NCBI RefSeq assembly: GCF_009914755.1
Contig: NC_060930.1
Source: the human T2T-CHM13v2.0 reference genome, Homo sapiens
Length of the DNA: 64,000 nucleotides
Direction: 5' to 3' (one strand)
Positions 1-13,084 of the stretch are shown piece by piece. A program made the translations under genes and the position numbers. The notes under the pieces were generated by a model, which did not search any database, was not told the origin of the DNA, and saw only the letters and a program-made list of their open reading frames with translations. Each line of letters starts with the position of its first letter. The stretch's first letter is position 1.

Positions 1-1084
1 TTAAATTTTTAAATTAAATAGAATAACAAAATATAACTTAAATAGATGACTCTTGTATTTATATTCTACAGCTATTTACTCTAGCATTGCTAGAATAATG
101 TAAATATATATAATTATGTGTCAAACTTGATTTAGGTAACATCAGCTAATAATTGAATATGTCTTAAGTCTGTCATCTTCTAAAGCTGATTTACCAACTT
201 TTATCTAGGAATGTCTTTGCCTAGGATTTTGAATATTTTCAACTTACAAAGTCATTTATTATATATAAGGATAATTATTTTCTCAAATACAGATTTTGTG
301 TATATTTCTCAATTATAATAATCTAAATAGTTATATACATAATATGTAGTTTTATATAACTGTATATTTAGTTATATACTATGTCTACTAATGATATATA
401 AAATATATTTCAAATTCTTAATATTTGTTTTGTTTTACATTTTTACTTAACAGCATAAGTTGCTTTTTATAATGTCAAAATAATTCAATGTTTGTAAAGT
501 ATAAAATGTCATGGATATTAAAGCTACTGTAGGACAAAAAAGCCCTCAAATTTTATATGTTGATGATATTTTTATTTTTATTCCTGTAAACAGCCCATTA
601 ATTTTTTTCAGTACTTTATTCTTTACTGTCAATACAGAGTTTAGACTTGAGATTTGGGGAGTTCATTTACATAAATTGTACTTTGTAATTTTTAAGTTGG
701 ATTTTAGAATCCTTGATTGTAGAAAGATAATATTCTCTGCACCTGTGCAATAGAGGGGAATAGAGTAAATCAGAAAATTAAAAGGCAAGCATAAATTAAT
801 ATGCAAGCTTTTGAAAGGTGATATGGAGTGCTCTTCTTAGGATTAGTGGTTATACTATGGAGAAGCAAAAGACTATTGAGAAAATATCCATATTACTCTA
901 ATAACATCATGTGTCACTGAGTTCTTTTGCCACCTTCCTGTCTTACACTACACCCTAGAAATGAGTGTATTGGGCTTGCCTTCCAGTTTTCTGTATCTCT
1001 AAGGAGGGGTTTGGTATAAAACCAGATGGCTAAAAGCTTTACTGCCAAAGCCAGACTCTGATCAGACACACCTAGGAAACCAAA

Positions 1085-1200
1085 ATTGCCCACAACCACC
1101 CCACACCTATTAAATCAGGAACTTCCATTTGGAGATGGGCATTTGTTGTTCTGAAAGTATTCTTGGTGATATTTATGATCAGCCTGACTGAAGATCACTA
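1085..1200. mobile_element. MER5-like hAT-Charlie MITE fragment
   Basis: 'ccccacacctattaaatcagga...ggcatttgttgttctgaaagtattcttggtgatatttatgatcagcc...agatcact' resembles a MER5A/B half; heavily diverged. Confidence 0.5.
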
Positions 1201-1289
1201 TTGGGAAAAAAGTATTAGTCATTTCTATTTTTAAATGCTTAAGCACATAGAGCCATGAAGGGAAATAATCAGCCCATTACCTTATTAAT

Positions 1290-1430
1290 CAATTAATATT
1301 ATTTATTGCATGCATCTTATTTATAAGTAATGTGCTTGAATGGAGAATTGGTTAAGCATAAAGAAAAGAAAATGGACAATGTAACTCTTGGTCCCAGATT
1401 CCGTAATGTACATGAGAGATAAACATGACA
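1290..1430 (-). mobile_element. L2 3' end fragment
   Basis: 'atttattgcatgcatcttatttataagtaatgtgcttgaatggag' resembles the reverse-strand L2 terminus (atttattgagcacctactatgtgccaggcactgtgctagg). Confidence 0.45.
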
Positions 1431-1527
1431 TTTAAGTGGTAAAATCATGAGAGGCAAGAAAGGCTAAAATTAAATTCGTGGCATACACATACATACACAC
1501 ACAAGCACAAGTCAAACAGAAACTTGA

Positions 1528-1628
1528 TAAAATCAGTGGATTGTATCAATGTCAGTTCCTTGTATAAACTCTCTGTATTATTTGTTACAATTGCATGTGA
1601 TGTACAAATTATAAAAGTTTTAATTAAA
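1528..1628 (+). mobile_element. L1MC/MD 3' UTR terminus, internally deleted
   Basis: 'ggattgtatcaatgtcagttcct...actctctgtattatttgttacaattgcatgtga...aaagttttaattaaa' is typical of L1MC/MD 3' ends. Confidence 0.65.
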
Positions 1629-2699
1629 GTTTGTTAATAATTGGTTTGGACATATATCATCAGAGGAGAATATGATTACTTCTAAATAATGTGTTCACAG
1701 AAACCATCCATGAGAACCTGGTAGTTTAGCTAGACTTTTCCAAATGAGCACTATTAGAGGGGAAGAAGTAAGATATTCTAGTCAGAAAGCAGGAAAAGCA
1801 GTCAGTGAGAAATGAGGTCAGTTTGGAGCAAAGAGAGAAGTCAAATTAGGTTGGAGCCTGGGTTCAGATATAAGAACAGTGTGTTTTAAGGCTATAAAAG
1901 AATGTCAAAGTCAGAAGTCACAAGTCAGAGTCAGAAGGCATCCAGGTGAGTTTAGATTTCATTACGTATGTGATGTGGAGCCAGTCATATTCAGCTAAAA
2001 GTTTTAGATTGTGACATAATTTTTTAATAATAGAGAGCGCATCAGCTATGCTTGAATTTTGTTGATTAATCTTGTAGTCCTTTGTATTCTAACCACATAT
2101 AAATTCTTGCCTAATATTCCCCATCCCATCCCCAAATTTCTTATCCTATTTTACCAATCTAGATTATGTTTGCAATCACTTAAATTCATTAAACCATATA
2201 ACAAACAACAACAGAATCCCTCAGTAATCACATTTGAGGAATATATGACAGAGTGAATATGGGGCCAGAACAGGTAGAAGGGAGAATGCACTGTCTTTCT
2301 CTATTCCCTAAATGAATCATTCATCAAAATGGATAAAATGTTGTCTAAATTACGCATATACTCCACCCTAGATCAGTTAGATGTAAGCATTCATCTTCCA
2401 GAAAAGTACTATTTCACTTCTATCAAGAGGAAAGGACTAGAATGCATGTTATTATTCTCCTTGCTAGGAAGAAAAAAATAAAAAGCTATCATAAGAAAAG
2501 ATAGCATTTTGTGTAGGACATCCTCAATAGACATAAAAGTAAAATAAGAAAAATTTCTGTCACATAGGAAAATATTATAAAAACAATAACCTCTGATTAA
2601 AAAAACAGGTTATTTCAATTGCACTTAGAGAATATAAAATTTAGGAAATTAAAAGATGACCAACTTCTAATTTTACTTTAGAAGATATTAATAATCAAG

Positions 2700-3800
2700 A
2701 TACAGTTTAAACATTCACAGTAAAAGAAATTTAGATATAATTATGTGGTATAGCAAAGAACTTTTAAATTTTTTGTTAAATTGTGATGCCATAAAAGTTA
2801 GATACTTCTAGTTCATAAGGCAAAAAAAATAATCTGCCTAAGAATTAGATTCAGTCCAGAGAACAAAAACCTAAGGGATAAGTAACTGAAGTAATAATAA
2901 AGACAAATTGAAAGTATAAAACAACTTTGCTATAAAGCATTATAACAAAGTTAATCCCAAATGTTCTAGTTTGATAATAAATGTAAATGGTTTATATTTA
3001 AATGTAAACCTCTGCATTAGAGGGCAAACAAACTCAGATTAGCTGAAAGCAAAGCAATAGCGAATAAATGCAATAGTTTTATGCATTGTGCAATGTATAA
3101 AAACAAGCTATTAAAAAATGAGTAAAATACAAACATAAAAACAAAAATAGTGTTTTAATATTAATAGCAAATAGAACACAAAGCAAGGCAAGTTGCTTTA
3201 TATTTGATTGTGTATCACAAAAATAATATTACTTGATAAAGAGAAAAGTGGCTGTACTAATAATATTACATTGAAAATGAAAAAGGTAATTATAAATATA
3301 ATTATACTTGGATAGATCTTGGAGACACCAAAAAACTACAGAGGGCTTTACAAAAATATAACAAATATAGAAGATTTTATTTTCAACTGTATTTAAGTAT
3401 GTATCTTGAACAGAGAATATGTTCATTTTCAAACCCTGCCCAATGGACAATTAGAATTGATTATATTTTGAGAAAAATTTGTATTGTAATTAACTAGAAA
3501 ACATCAGAAATCTTACATATCACATTCTATGACTACAATGCAATATAACCAATGCAACTTAAAAAAACAAAATCAAAAAACAAACTTGAAAATGCAAATC
3601 AAAACACCAAACTCCCCAACAATAAAAAAATTAATATAAATTATAATTAGAATACAATTAAAATAATCATAAGCATCACAGAATATCAAAATATATGAGA
3701 TTTAGTTTTAAAACTATGATCAGAGAAAAAAGTATAGCCATAAATATTTTATGATCAATGCAAATTAACTGAATTCAATATGCAGTTTAGTTATATAAGT
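2700..3800 (+). mobile_element. Ancient L1M, inter-ORF region and ORF2 endonuclease region (decayed)
   Basis: 'ataaatgtaaatggtttatat' (~2976; INVNGL motif at ORF2 start), 'cacattctatgactacaatgcaata' (SDHNAI-like), strong A-rich strand bias. Confidence 0.65.
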
Positions 3801-4479
3801 GAAAATATATAAAGATCAAAGGACATAGGAAGATAATCTACCATGTAACTACGTTTTGTGCTCAACTTTGACCCCTAGCTAATAGATAAGCTTATCTCAT
3901 ATTAGTATTTTTTTATTGTGACTATAGGGAGAGAAAGATAGTTATAAAAATAGATAAATAGATAAAAAGTCACATTGCATAGGCAATGTGGGACAATCAT
4001 ATTAATTAAGCCAATAGATTAATTTGCTACATAAAAGATTGAATTAATTGCCCCTTTTTGTTCCTCTTTCTTATTTTCTTAATTATATTTTTCCTTCTTT
4101 TTTTTCATTTTGATACATATGTCATTACAAAAACGTGAAACTACTCTATGAATGTTTTACACAGTATGAAATGGCCCCTCCAAATCTCTAAAATAATTTT
4201 ACAAGGTTTACTCATGAGGTGTGCCACTATCATTGCTACATCCTAGCTTTAGTAATTTCATGCATGAAATTTGCTATTCTTTAAGTTTCTTCATCATCTG
4301 GACCTTCATAAATTGCTTTGTGATACTGTACTTGGCTTTTCTAACATTTTGAAAGTCTGAGATTCATACCACTTAAAAAATATTATTCATTCACAAACAG
4401 TACCAGACAATGTGGGAAGTAAATTTAGAAGTAAAGAAAAAAGTTCATGTCCCTGACAACATGAAGTCAAAAATCTAGC

Positions 4480-4666
4480 TCGAATGTTGGCTAAACTTAC
4501 CTGTTTATAAAAATTATGAAATATTTGTTAAAAATACAGATTTTATGAATATTCTTTACAGTCTCAATTGCAAGGTCTAGTAATATCTTACTAAGCTCAT
4601 AAATCTTTGTTTTTAGTGAATGCACTAGTTGATATTTAGGATAAGACAAGTTTGAAAAATACTTGT
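4480..4666. mobile_element. MER5B-like MITE
   Basis: 'atttgttaaaaatacagatt...tagttgatatttaggataagacaagtttgaaaaatacttg' resembles the MER5B layout. Confidence 0.45.
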
Positions 4667-5582
4667 CTATTGACCCTGTTTAGTCATTGAATACTTAGCC
4701 TAAAATATATAGGTCAGATATCTTGATATTCTATAAAACATATATTTGGCCTGCGTGGTCATAGGGTCAATATCCTAGGTAGAAAATCCCTTCTTTTTTC
4801 ATAATCTATGGTATGCTGACTACATTGACAATGACTGAGTTGATAAATCTAGCCTCCAAGCACTTCACTAGGATGCTTCTCAGATTTCATCAGGAAACAA
4901 ATGAGTTTTTATGTATCCTGGTGGTTTTGGGCAGAAATAAATATTTCCTGAATGAATTCCAGTTTAAAGGACTAGAATTTGGGAGAAAGAAATTTCCCTT
5001 ATTTATTGTTTTTTAACTGATATGATTATTTTTGGAAAATTTATTATTTTCAATTTTATAAGGCCTGTATCTATAATCAGAATGACCAGGTGAAATAAAA
5101 ATTATGATAGTAAATCTAATCCCAGGGCTTCATAACCCAAAATTCCGACTTACTAGGCCTGGTTTGGGGCTGGTTTGGGGAATAGTGAAATACAGTAACT
5201 GGACACTCTCCAGTTGATTCTAACACATAGCCATGTATTGAAAACACTTCTAGATGACCATCAACTTTTCTATGGTTATTCTTCCTCTCCAGTTGATGAG
5301 AGGGTCCAGTCACATTATATAAGGAAAAACATTGCTTTAGAAAATGACTACACTGGTATAGGTGCAGATATTTTAAATCCACATCTTTCTGGTTAATACT
5401 TTTCATACATCAAAGAGAGAGAGAGAGAACGAGCGAGTGAGAAAGATAAATAATAGCTACAGTGAAAATTTAGGGGTAAGATAAGACCCACCATCTTTCT
5501 CTCAAACGCTTTCTCTACTCTGATTACAGAGCACTAATAGCTTTATAGCACTAGATTACTACTCCTGAAAATGGAGTACTTG

Positions 5583-5703
5583 TCTGGGCACAGTGGCTCT
5601 AGCCTGTAATCCCAGCACTTTGGAAGGCTGAGAGGCAGGAGGATCATTTGAGGCCAGGAGTTCCAGATAAGCCTGGGCAACATAGTTAGAGCCCTTCTCT
5701 ACT
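5583..5703 (+). mobile_element. Free left Alu monomer (FLAM/AluJ-like)
   Basis: 'ctgggcacagtggctctagcctgtaatcccagcactttggaaggctgag...ggaggatcatttgaggccaggagttcc...gcctgggcaacatag'; no right arm follows. Confidence 0.9.
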
Positions 5704-5729
5704 ATATATACGTATACATAGACACTTAT

Positions 5730-6050
5730 ATATGTCTCTATGAGAGAATGAATGCCAAAAACACACAGAGAACAAAATTAGAGGATTCATTCAAACGATT
5801 CAAAAGAGAGAAGAAAAATGAAGAGAAAGAAACTGTCAATGACATAATCTCAGAACATTTTCCAGGACAGAAGAAATGATCTTGCATTTTAAAGAAGCTA
5901 AGAATATACCCAGTAAAACAGGTATTTAAGAAATCTACCCCAAGGTATTTTTTTTCAAAACATGGGGAGAAACAGAAGATGACAAAGCCTTCACAAGGAC
6001 AGTGACGGGAGTCTACAAATAAAAAACACAAGATATATGAAGGATAATTT
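5730..6050 (+). mobile_element. Old L1M ORF1 fragment
   Basis: 'gaacattttccaggacagaagaaatgatcttgcattttaaagaagctaagaatatacccag...aaatctacccca' resembles L1 ORF1 (ENFP...P..IN..KSTPR). Confidence 0.55.
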
Positions 6051-8779
6051 CTCACTCTATCTATTTGCTTTTGATTAGCTCATCACACTGTACCTTTTAA
6101 TTGAATTCTAATTATAATATATATTATATCACATGAAGAGTAAAATAAAGAAGCAAGGTCAAGTTAAATGAGGGATGGATATGTGGATGAGGCACTATAG
6201 ATTTTTTTGCTTCACCTTTACTTTTCTCTAAGACACTCTGAATAATGCTTTTTCTTTCATCCTAAAATGAACTGATCATTTTAGGATTCAGTTTTCATTT
6301 GGGCTTTGAAGTTTCCTTTCTGACTTTAATTACCTTTGATGGTAGGGTAAGACTCTTTTGCACAGAAGAATTTATATACTTAAGTTGATATAGCATATAT
6401 TAAAAAAAAAGAAAAAGTAAAAAAAAAATAAAAGTCTTTTGCTTGAAGTGGCATTTTAAATTGTAAGGACACATCACATTGGCACTCACTCAATAATAAC
6501 CTTCAGCAGCTTTTAACTAAGCTGGTAAGTGAGTGTTTTTCTTTCCCACCCCCTCTTAGAGACAGCTGCCCCTTCCAGCTCATGTACTGTTTTTTGCTGA
6601 TAGACTGATGTCTTTATTTAGGGAGTTATAAAGAATTGCTTCTAGTCATCAGCAGTTTCAAAAACTAGCCATTGAAGGGGGGATAAAGCCTATTCAGAAG
6701 ATGGATGACAGCTTTTCATTTGAGGATCGTACAGAAGGATATTTCCTTCTATAAAAATAGATTCTGCAGTGTAGCTTGAGACTTACATTTTGCAAGGGAT
6801 CGCCACTGGAAAAAATGACACTAAAAACTGAAGACTAAAAGAGACATTCTTTTCATGTAAAAAGGGCCACACATGACAAAATTGTTTCAAATCATGTTAT
6901 GCTATTTAACACACAAAGTAATTTTTTAAAACATATGCTTACCATAGTAATAATTTTCTAGAGCATTAAACTTGAGGGAAAAAATGGCTAGGTTATCTTA
7001 TTTAAATATACATTTTGTTTTCTAGGACATAATCCTGTTAAATGCCACTAAATAAAAAAATATATATAACCAGGTAAAAAGAAAGGAAAGCATGCCATAA
7101 TTATGAATGCACAGAGCATTGCTTTATGTTACCTTTAAAAAGATGACAAAAATTCTTAATTAATCAGTAAAGCAGGAAGTACATAAATGTTGTCAAAAGT
7201 GATTATAATATTTTAAAACATAAATGATGTTTTCCTTTCTCATTTTTTTCCAGCAATTGGTACCTCAAAATGTTGTCTCATTTTCTCTTAACATGAAAAC
7301 CTGAAAGGAAGAGGAAGTTAAAAATTACTTGAGCAAGTAAATCAAACGCTTCAATCAAGTGCAGCATTTGATTTTGATAGTGGACGCCACTCTCTCTTTC
7401 TCCAAATTTGTAGAAAGACACTGGCTTAGGATTTCCACTCTCTTTTTTTACAGTCCAAAAGCTGAAGATATTAATCTGATTTTCTTTTCTCTTTACCTAT
7501 TACATCTACCACTAATAAAATGTTTTATTTTATGCTAAAGTTATTGTTATAAGTCCCCTTCTCTCTTAATATAAAGAGAGAGGGGGTGATTCTACCTCTT
7601 AAATACTTTAGAATAATTTAATTCAAAGGTCACTTTCCCTATATAGTGCTACGAACTTTGCCTATGAAATTAAATTGGCAAGAAATGTAATGTTATTTTT
7701 CAAAACCTCAACTTATTGTGCTATTTCATGTCTTCATTCCACCAGGTTTCTAAAAATTGTCCATTAATTCAGAATACTTCCAGGTCCAGCATTCTCACCT
7801 GCTTATATAGAGCTGTGTCTATAACCAGATAGCCTTTGTCAACCAAAGACTTGGGGTAGAATGAGTTTTCCTTGAACTTCATCACCTTTTTATGATGGCA
7901 TTCAAGAAACACCCTTGTCTCTATTAGTCTTCAGGGTTGCTGAGATATTGTTCCTTGTTTCTGAGTGCAAGGACTTTCTGGGTCTAGCTCTCTTTTAACC
8001 CCTTTTGAACCACACAGAGGGTTACCTGAAATATCTTCAGGTTGCTTGAAGTTTCTTTACCATTCTTATAATACAGTGCTCTAGCATGCATAAGCGGAGT
8101 AGATACAACTCTGAGGACCTTGTGCCCACAGCCATTCCATGGCATGAGAGGCCTTTCTCTTGTCTTTTCAGGTTCTAACTAAAAAAGGGGCACTGATCCC
8201 CTCTACTGTTAAGAAGAGCTCTAAAATGTTATGGAATTACCAAGCCAGGGCCCCTACTACAGAGAGAGGATGCTTTTTTTTTTCCTTTCATGACTGTCCT
8301 CTTTTTCCCTTTGGTCTAGGAAAAGTATTTCTAGTAATGGGGGCAAATTTGACTGATTAGGAAGACATTAAAACAATTTTAATACTATATCCAGACCTCA
8401 GATTTTGAAAGTCAAGTACCAAAAGTTTAATTTATTTAATTCTTCATTGAGTGGTAACATCTCCTTGAGAAATAAATGACTTATAGTTTAGCTTGTGGAA
8501 TAGGAGAATGACATAGGGTTAAAGAAATATGGATGGAGGGATATTCACATCAGTAAATATATCAAAATATAACTCCACCAAATAATGCACATTTTTAATT
8601 GTATTAGTTTAACTGACCCCTACTTTTTAAATTTGGTTAAACACAATAGCTAGATATAGAACATAATAGTGTACAGAAATAAAATGATTTTGGATGGTAA
8701 TTTGGTATTTACTCACTTTGATCATAGATAACCTACGAAATGTTAAAAAAAAAAAAAAAGAAAGAAAGAAAAGAAGTGC

Positions 8780-8865
8780 TTCACTTTCCACATCTGCAAA
8801 ACGAAGGTAATAACACAAGCATGTTAACCAGGGTAATATTGAATTCTGAAGGAATAAATGTTAGA
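8780..8865 (+). mobile_element. MIR core fragment
   Basis: 'ttcccacatctgcaaaacgaaggtaataaca' matches MIR core ttcctcatctgtaaaatggggataata. Confidence 0.6.
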
Positions 8866-9079
8866 ATACAGATAAAGAATTTTGGCAATATTAATTACTG
8901 GCAGCTATGTCACCTAGCACAACACACACATGTTTATAGGAGACTTTTGCATAGAGGTGTTAACAGATTGAAACTGCATATTCAACAGGATATTTTAGAA
9001 TAGGCTATTAAGAAGATGATTTTTAGTGTAAAATTGTGCTATTTCTAATTACTGAGTGCCCTTAATCCTGTTATACTAC

Positions 9080-9265
9080 ATTATTGTTCTATACTTTAAT
9101 AGCACTTAATACTGTGTACGTTTTTACTCCTCATTTGATAATTGTGTCTCTCACCCACCAGAATGGAGGCCACATAAACAAAGGGACTTTGTTATGTTCC
9201 TTCTTGTCCCCAGTTCCTGGTAGAGAATACATGATTAATATTTGCTTATTGAAAAAATAAATAAA
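9080..9265 (+). mobile_element. L2 3' end
   Basis: 'gtctctcacccaccagaatggaggccacat...agggactttgtt...tccccagttcctgg...taatatttgcttattgaaaaaataaataaa'. Confidence 0.7.
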
Positions 9266-9549
9266 TTAACTTTATATTTGAAAAACTTAAACACCCAAAA
9301 TACACAGAATATAAGAAATACATCTGTATGTGGTTGTTAATGAAATTCATATAATGGTGAACATGTAACATTTAAACTTTAAGAGAAAACAATCTAAGCT
9401 TGTTCAACTAATCACTTACCAGTTGTCACTAAGTAGAGGTTTGATAGAGCCAAACCTCTACCTAGTGCTAAGGGGCAGAAGCCTCTTTTCTGGTAGCTCT
9501 GAAACTTTATTTACCTGAGTGAATTCCTCCCACCACACCAACACAGTGA

Positions 9550-9952
<403 letters not shown>

Positions 9953-11168
9953 TAGCCTACTCTTTTAAGCATTAGCAAATAAGAACAGAAGAGTAGTGGA
10001 AATGTAGTCGATAAATGTAAATATATAATATTGCTGATTTTTGAGCAACTGCAGAAGATGGGTAACTCTATGTGACCTAAATGTTAGAATCCACATTTTA
10101 GGAAAGAGATAGATGACTTATAGGAAACTTGGGCTACATGTACCACAGTTACAGATCTGCACACAAGAAGGAAACAGAGTATCAAGAGATGAAACTATGA
10201 GCCAGAAATAGAATGCTTAAGTGGAATCTTAAGAAAGATGGATATTATATATGAGATTCAACAGGCAAAGACAGAATGGAGGCACCCAGACACAAACAAG
10301 AATGCCATGAAGTACAGTCAGGATCATTCTGGGAGTGTTTGAAGAATTGAACAATAGTATGCTATTAAATGGCTCGTGGAAGAAAACAAAAACACCATTT
10401 GTAGCACACCAATTTCCATGATATTAATATAACCACCAAGCCCCATGTCAAGGTAAGAATGTTATTAGTTAGATCATGAAGTTCCTGAAAATTTGTCATC
10501 TAGCTCTTGAAAACTGCTCCTAGCAGGACAACACACACACTGTGGAAATAATCACATTTAGGTGAACATGTGGTATGAGGGTCTGGCTAGAAATATAAGT
10601 AGAGAAATACTGAACTTTAGCCTAATGAATTCAGACTAAAGAATTGCTCTTTATTCTGTAGGAAATAATGACCTGTAGTAGGCTTTGAGTGGTGTCATGT
10701 GTTCAGAACAGACTATTTACAGACTTTATAATGTTAGCATGAGGTTAATGAATTATAAACTAAAAAGCTAAAATAGAGCCATATATTTCAGATTGCCAGA
10801 GGAAGTACACACTGAATGTATAAATGTATTTAATGGGAAATAAATTCCTTTCATCATTTTCCTTTTCCCTCTAGTGATATCTCTTTGAAATAAGATCTTG
10901 TATTAAAATAGATATTTTACTCCATTCCCTTACTTTCCTCTAACTGTACATTAAACTTGCTTTTTAAAGAGACTATACTTGCCTTAGCATAATGTAATTT
11001 TCCTATTTTAGAAAAAAAGAGAAACATTAAAGTGTTATTTTGTTTGACTCTATATCTATCAATAAACTCATTTTTAGATAACAGTTCTGGTTAGTTTTGT
11101 TATGTTTTTTAGAACCTAACCATCCCTGAACTTGTATAGAATCTCTGGGTGGTAGGAGTAGGAAGGGA

Positions 11169-11171
<3 letters not shown>

Positions 11172-11216
<45 letters not shown>
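11172..11216. repeat. (AC)n microsatellite, ~22 units
   Basis: Perfect dinucleotide run. Confidence 0.99.
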
Positions 11217-11217
<1 letters not shown>

Positions 11218-13084
11218 CAGAGGCAACTATAGAAAAGAAGAAAAGATAAGCAACAGAGACATCCTTCTCCAGGGAGTTGTTTGTGTTTTCCATAAGGAAG
11301 CCCATTTCTTAACCTCCAAGATGTGAAAATCCCTGTTGACAAATGCTGGCTGTTTGATATTCATAATTATTTACATTCTGCTTCTTATTTGTCCCAGATT
11401 AATGTGAACTCTTTAGACTTTGAGAGCTAAAGTAAATTTTGGTACCTTTCAGGAATTTTCTTGGAATCTATATGCTCTGACATATGACAGGTCTGAAATC
11501 TATCTTCTTAATAACTTTAATAGTCTTACTCAGAATTTAAGCAACTCTTTCATTAAAATGTTCAGCTCATCAAGTCATGATAAGTAATTTAAAAACTCCT
11601 TCACTTCTTTCCTCGATGAAAGGCATGCAGAGCATAATTGGGTGCTATTGTGGTAGACAGCATTTGGTGTGATTATTCTTGACACTTTGCTTATCACAGT
11701 ATGATCTTCAGATAAATAAAATAACAACTCACTTCCCTTCACAACAAAGAATATACTCAGAGATAACAATGATTGGGGAATTTTGAAAACTCTACTAGAT
11801 TCATATGTTAATGAACAGCTGTGATGTTTCCCAGACACATTACTAAAGCGAAGACAATTCCCAGGTTTCCGTATAATCTAAAACTTTTATGAAAACTCAA
11901 ACTAAGAGTTGAAAGCAAAAATGTCAGTAGTTTCCACAATAAGTCCATACACCTTTGTGGTTCCAAGTTGTCACTCTGCTTGGTTGAGGAAGCCCAAATG
12001 TTGCAACAATCTTTGTATTGATCTATTTTACATTCTTTTACTTTAGAAAAGAAGTCTCCATATATACAGCACCGTTTCATTTGCTGTAATGGTTTGTTGT
12101 ACTGAAACATCAAAAGCGAAAATGAAGGTACATCAGGAAAAAAAGAATAGTGTTTAAAATAACAATAATGTTGTCCATGTACTTTTAAATTCAGTAGGCC
12201 ATGTATTCATTCACTCCCTCCATGCAGCAAGGAATTCTTACTATGTAAGGCCACTGTAATTAGTAAACAGATACAAAGATGATTAAGGGCCCTCAAAGAG
12301 CTCTCAGACACCTATTTTCAAAAATATATTCCCTGCCATCACAGATTTTATATGTTAGTTGGGGAGACAATACATATGCAGGCGAAATGTAAAATAACCA
12401 CAAAAATTTTGAAATTAGATACATTCTTGTATTTTCTTCTGTGACTAAGTCCTCTTGGGAATAAGACTAAGGATTTGTGATTGCCACCTGCCCTCTTTTT
12501 AGTATGAATTAGCATAAACAAGTGATTCAGAAACAAATATTACTGCTTTTATATCAGGCTAGGATATGTTCCCCTTGATTCACTTCAACTTGGTCTCACT
12601 GTTAATATGGTTTGTAAAGATTCATTCACTCTGACATTCACACTGATAGGAGGAGTGCAGTGAAAGGCAGTTCAAATATTTCTCATTGTCTGTTCAGTCT
12701 GCTGTGCCATGAATATATGAATGCGTCCAAATGATGTTAATCAAGCCTACCAAATAGCCGGTGCCATGAGAAACAGAACTCTTTCTCGAGATTTACATAC
12801 ATCCACTACTATTGGATTTGGAAAAAAAAAGAAGATATTTCAAAAAGAGGTATAAATCTATAAGTTTATAGTCATTGCAGTTTGTTCCAGGTCTAGAGAC
12901 CTGAAATATTTATCAACAAACCACAATTACAGGTTAGTCATGGTATAACTTTGCCACGTAACTTAGGCATCGTTTTAGTTGTATCTTTTATTAGTTTTTA
13001 AGAATAAGTGTTACCTATTCCATACTGTCTTTGCATTGAAGGCAGGGATGGTTATGGATATACTACCTTCTGCAGAGTCAAATA

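Noticed and set aside
5080-5210. Possible MER81/MER94-like MITE
   Set aside because: Only faint terminal similarity; too diverged to support by eye.
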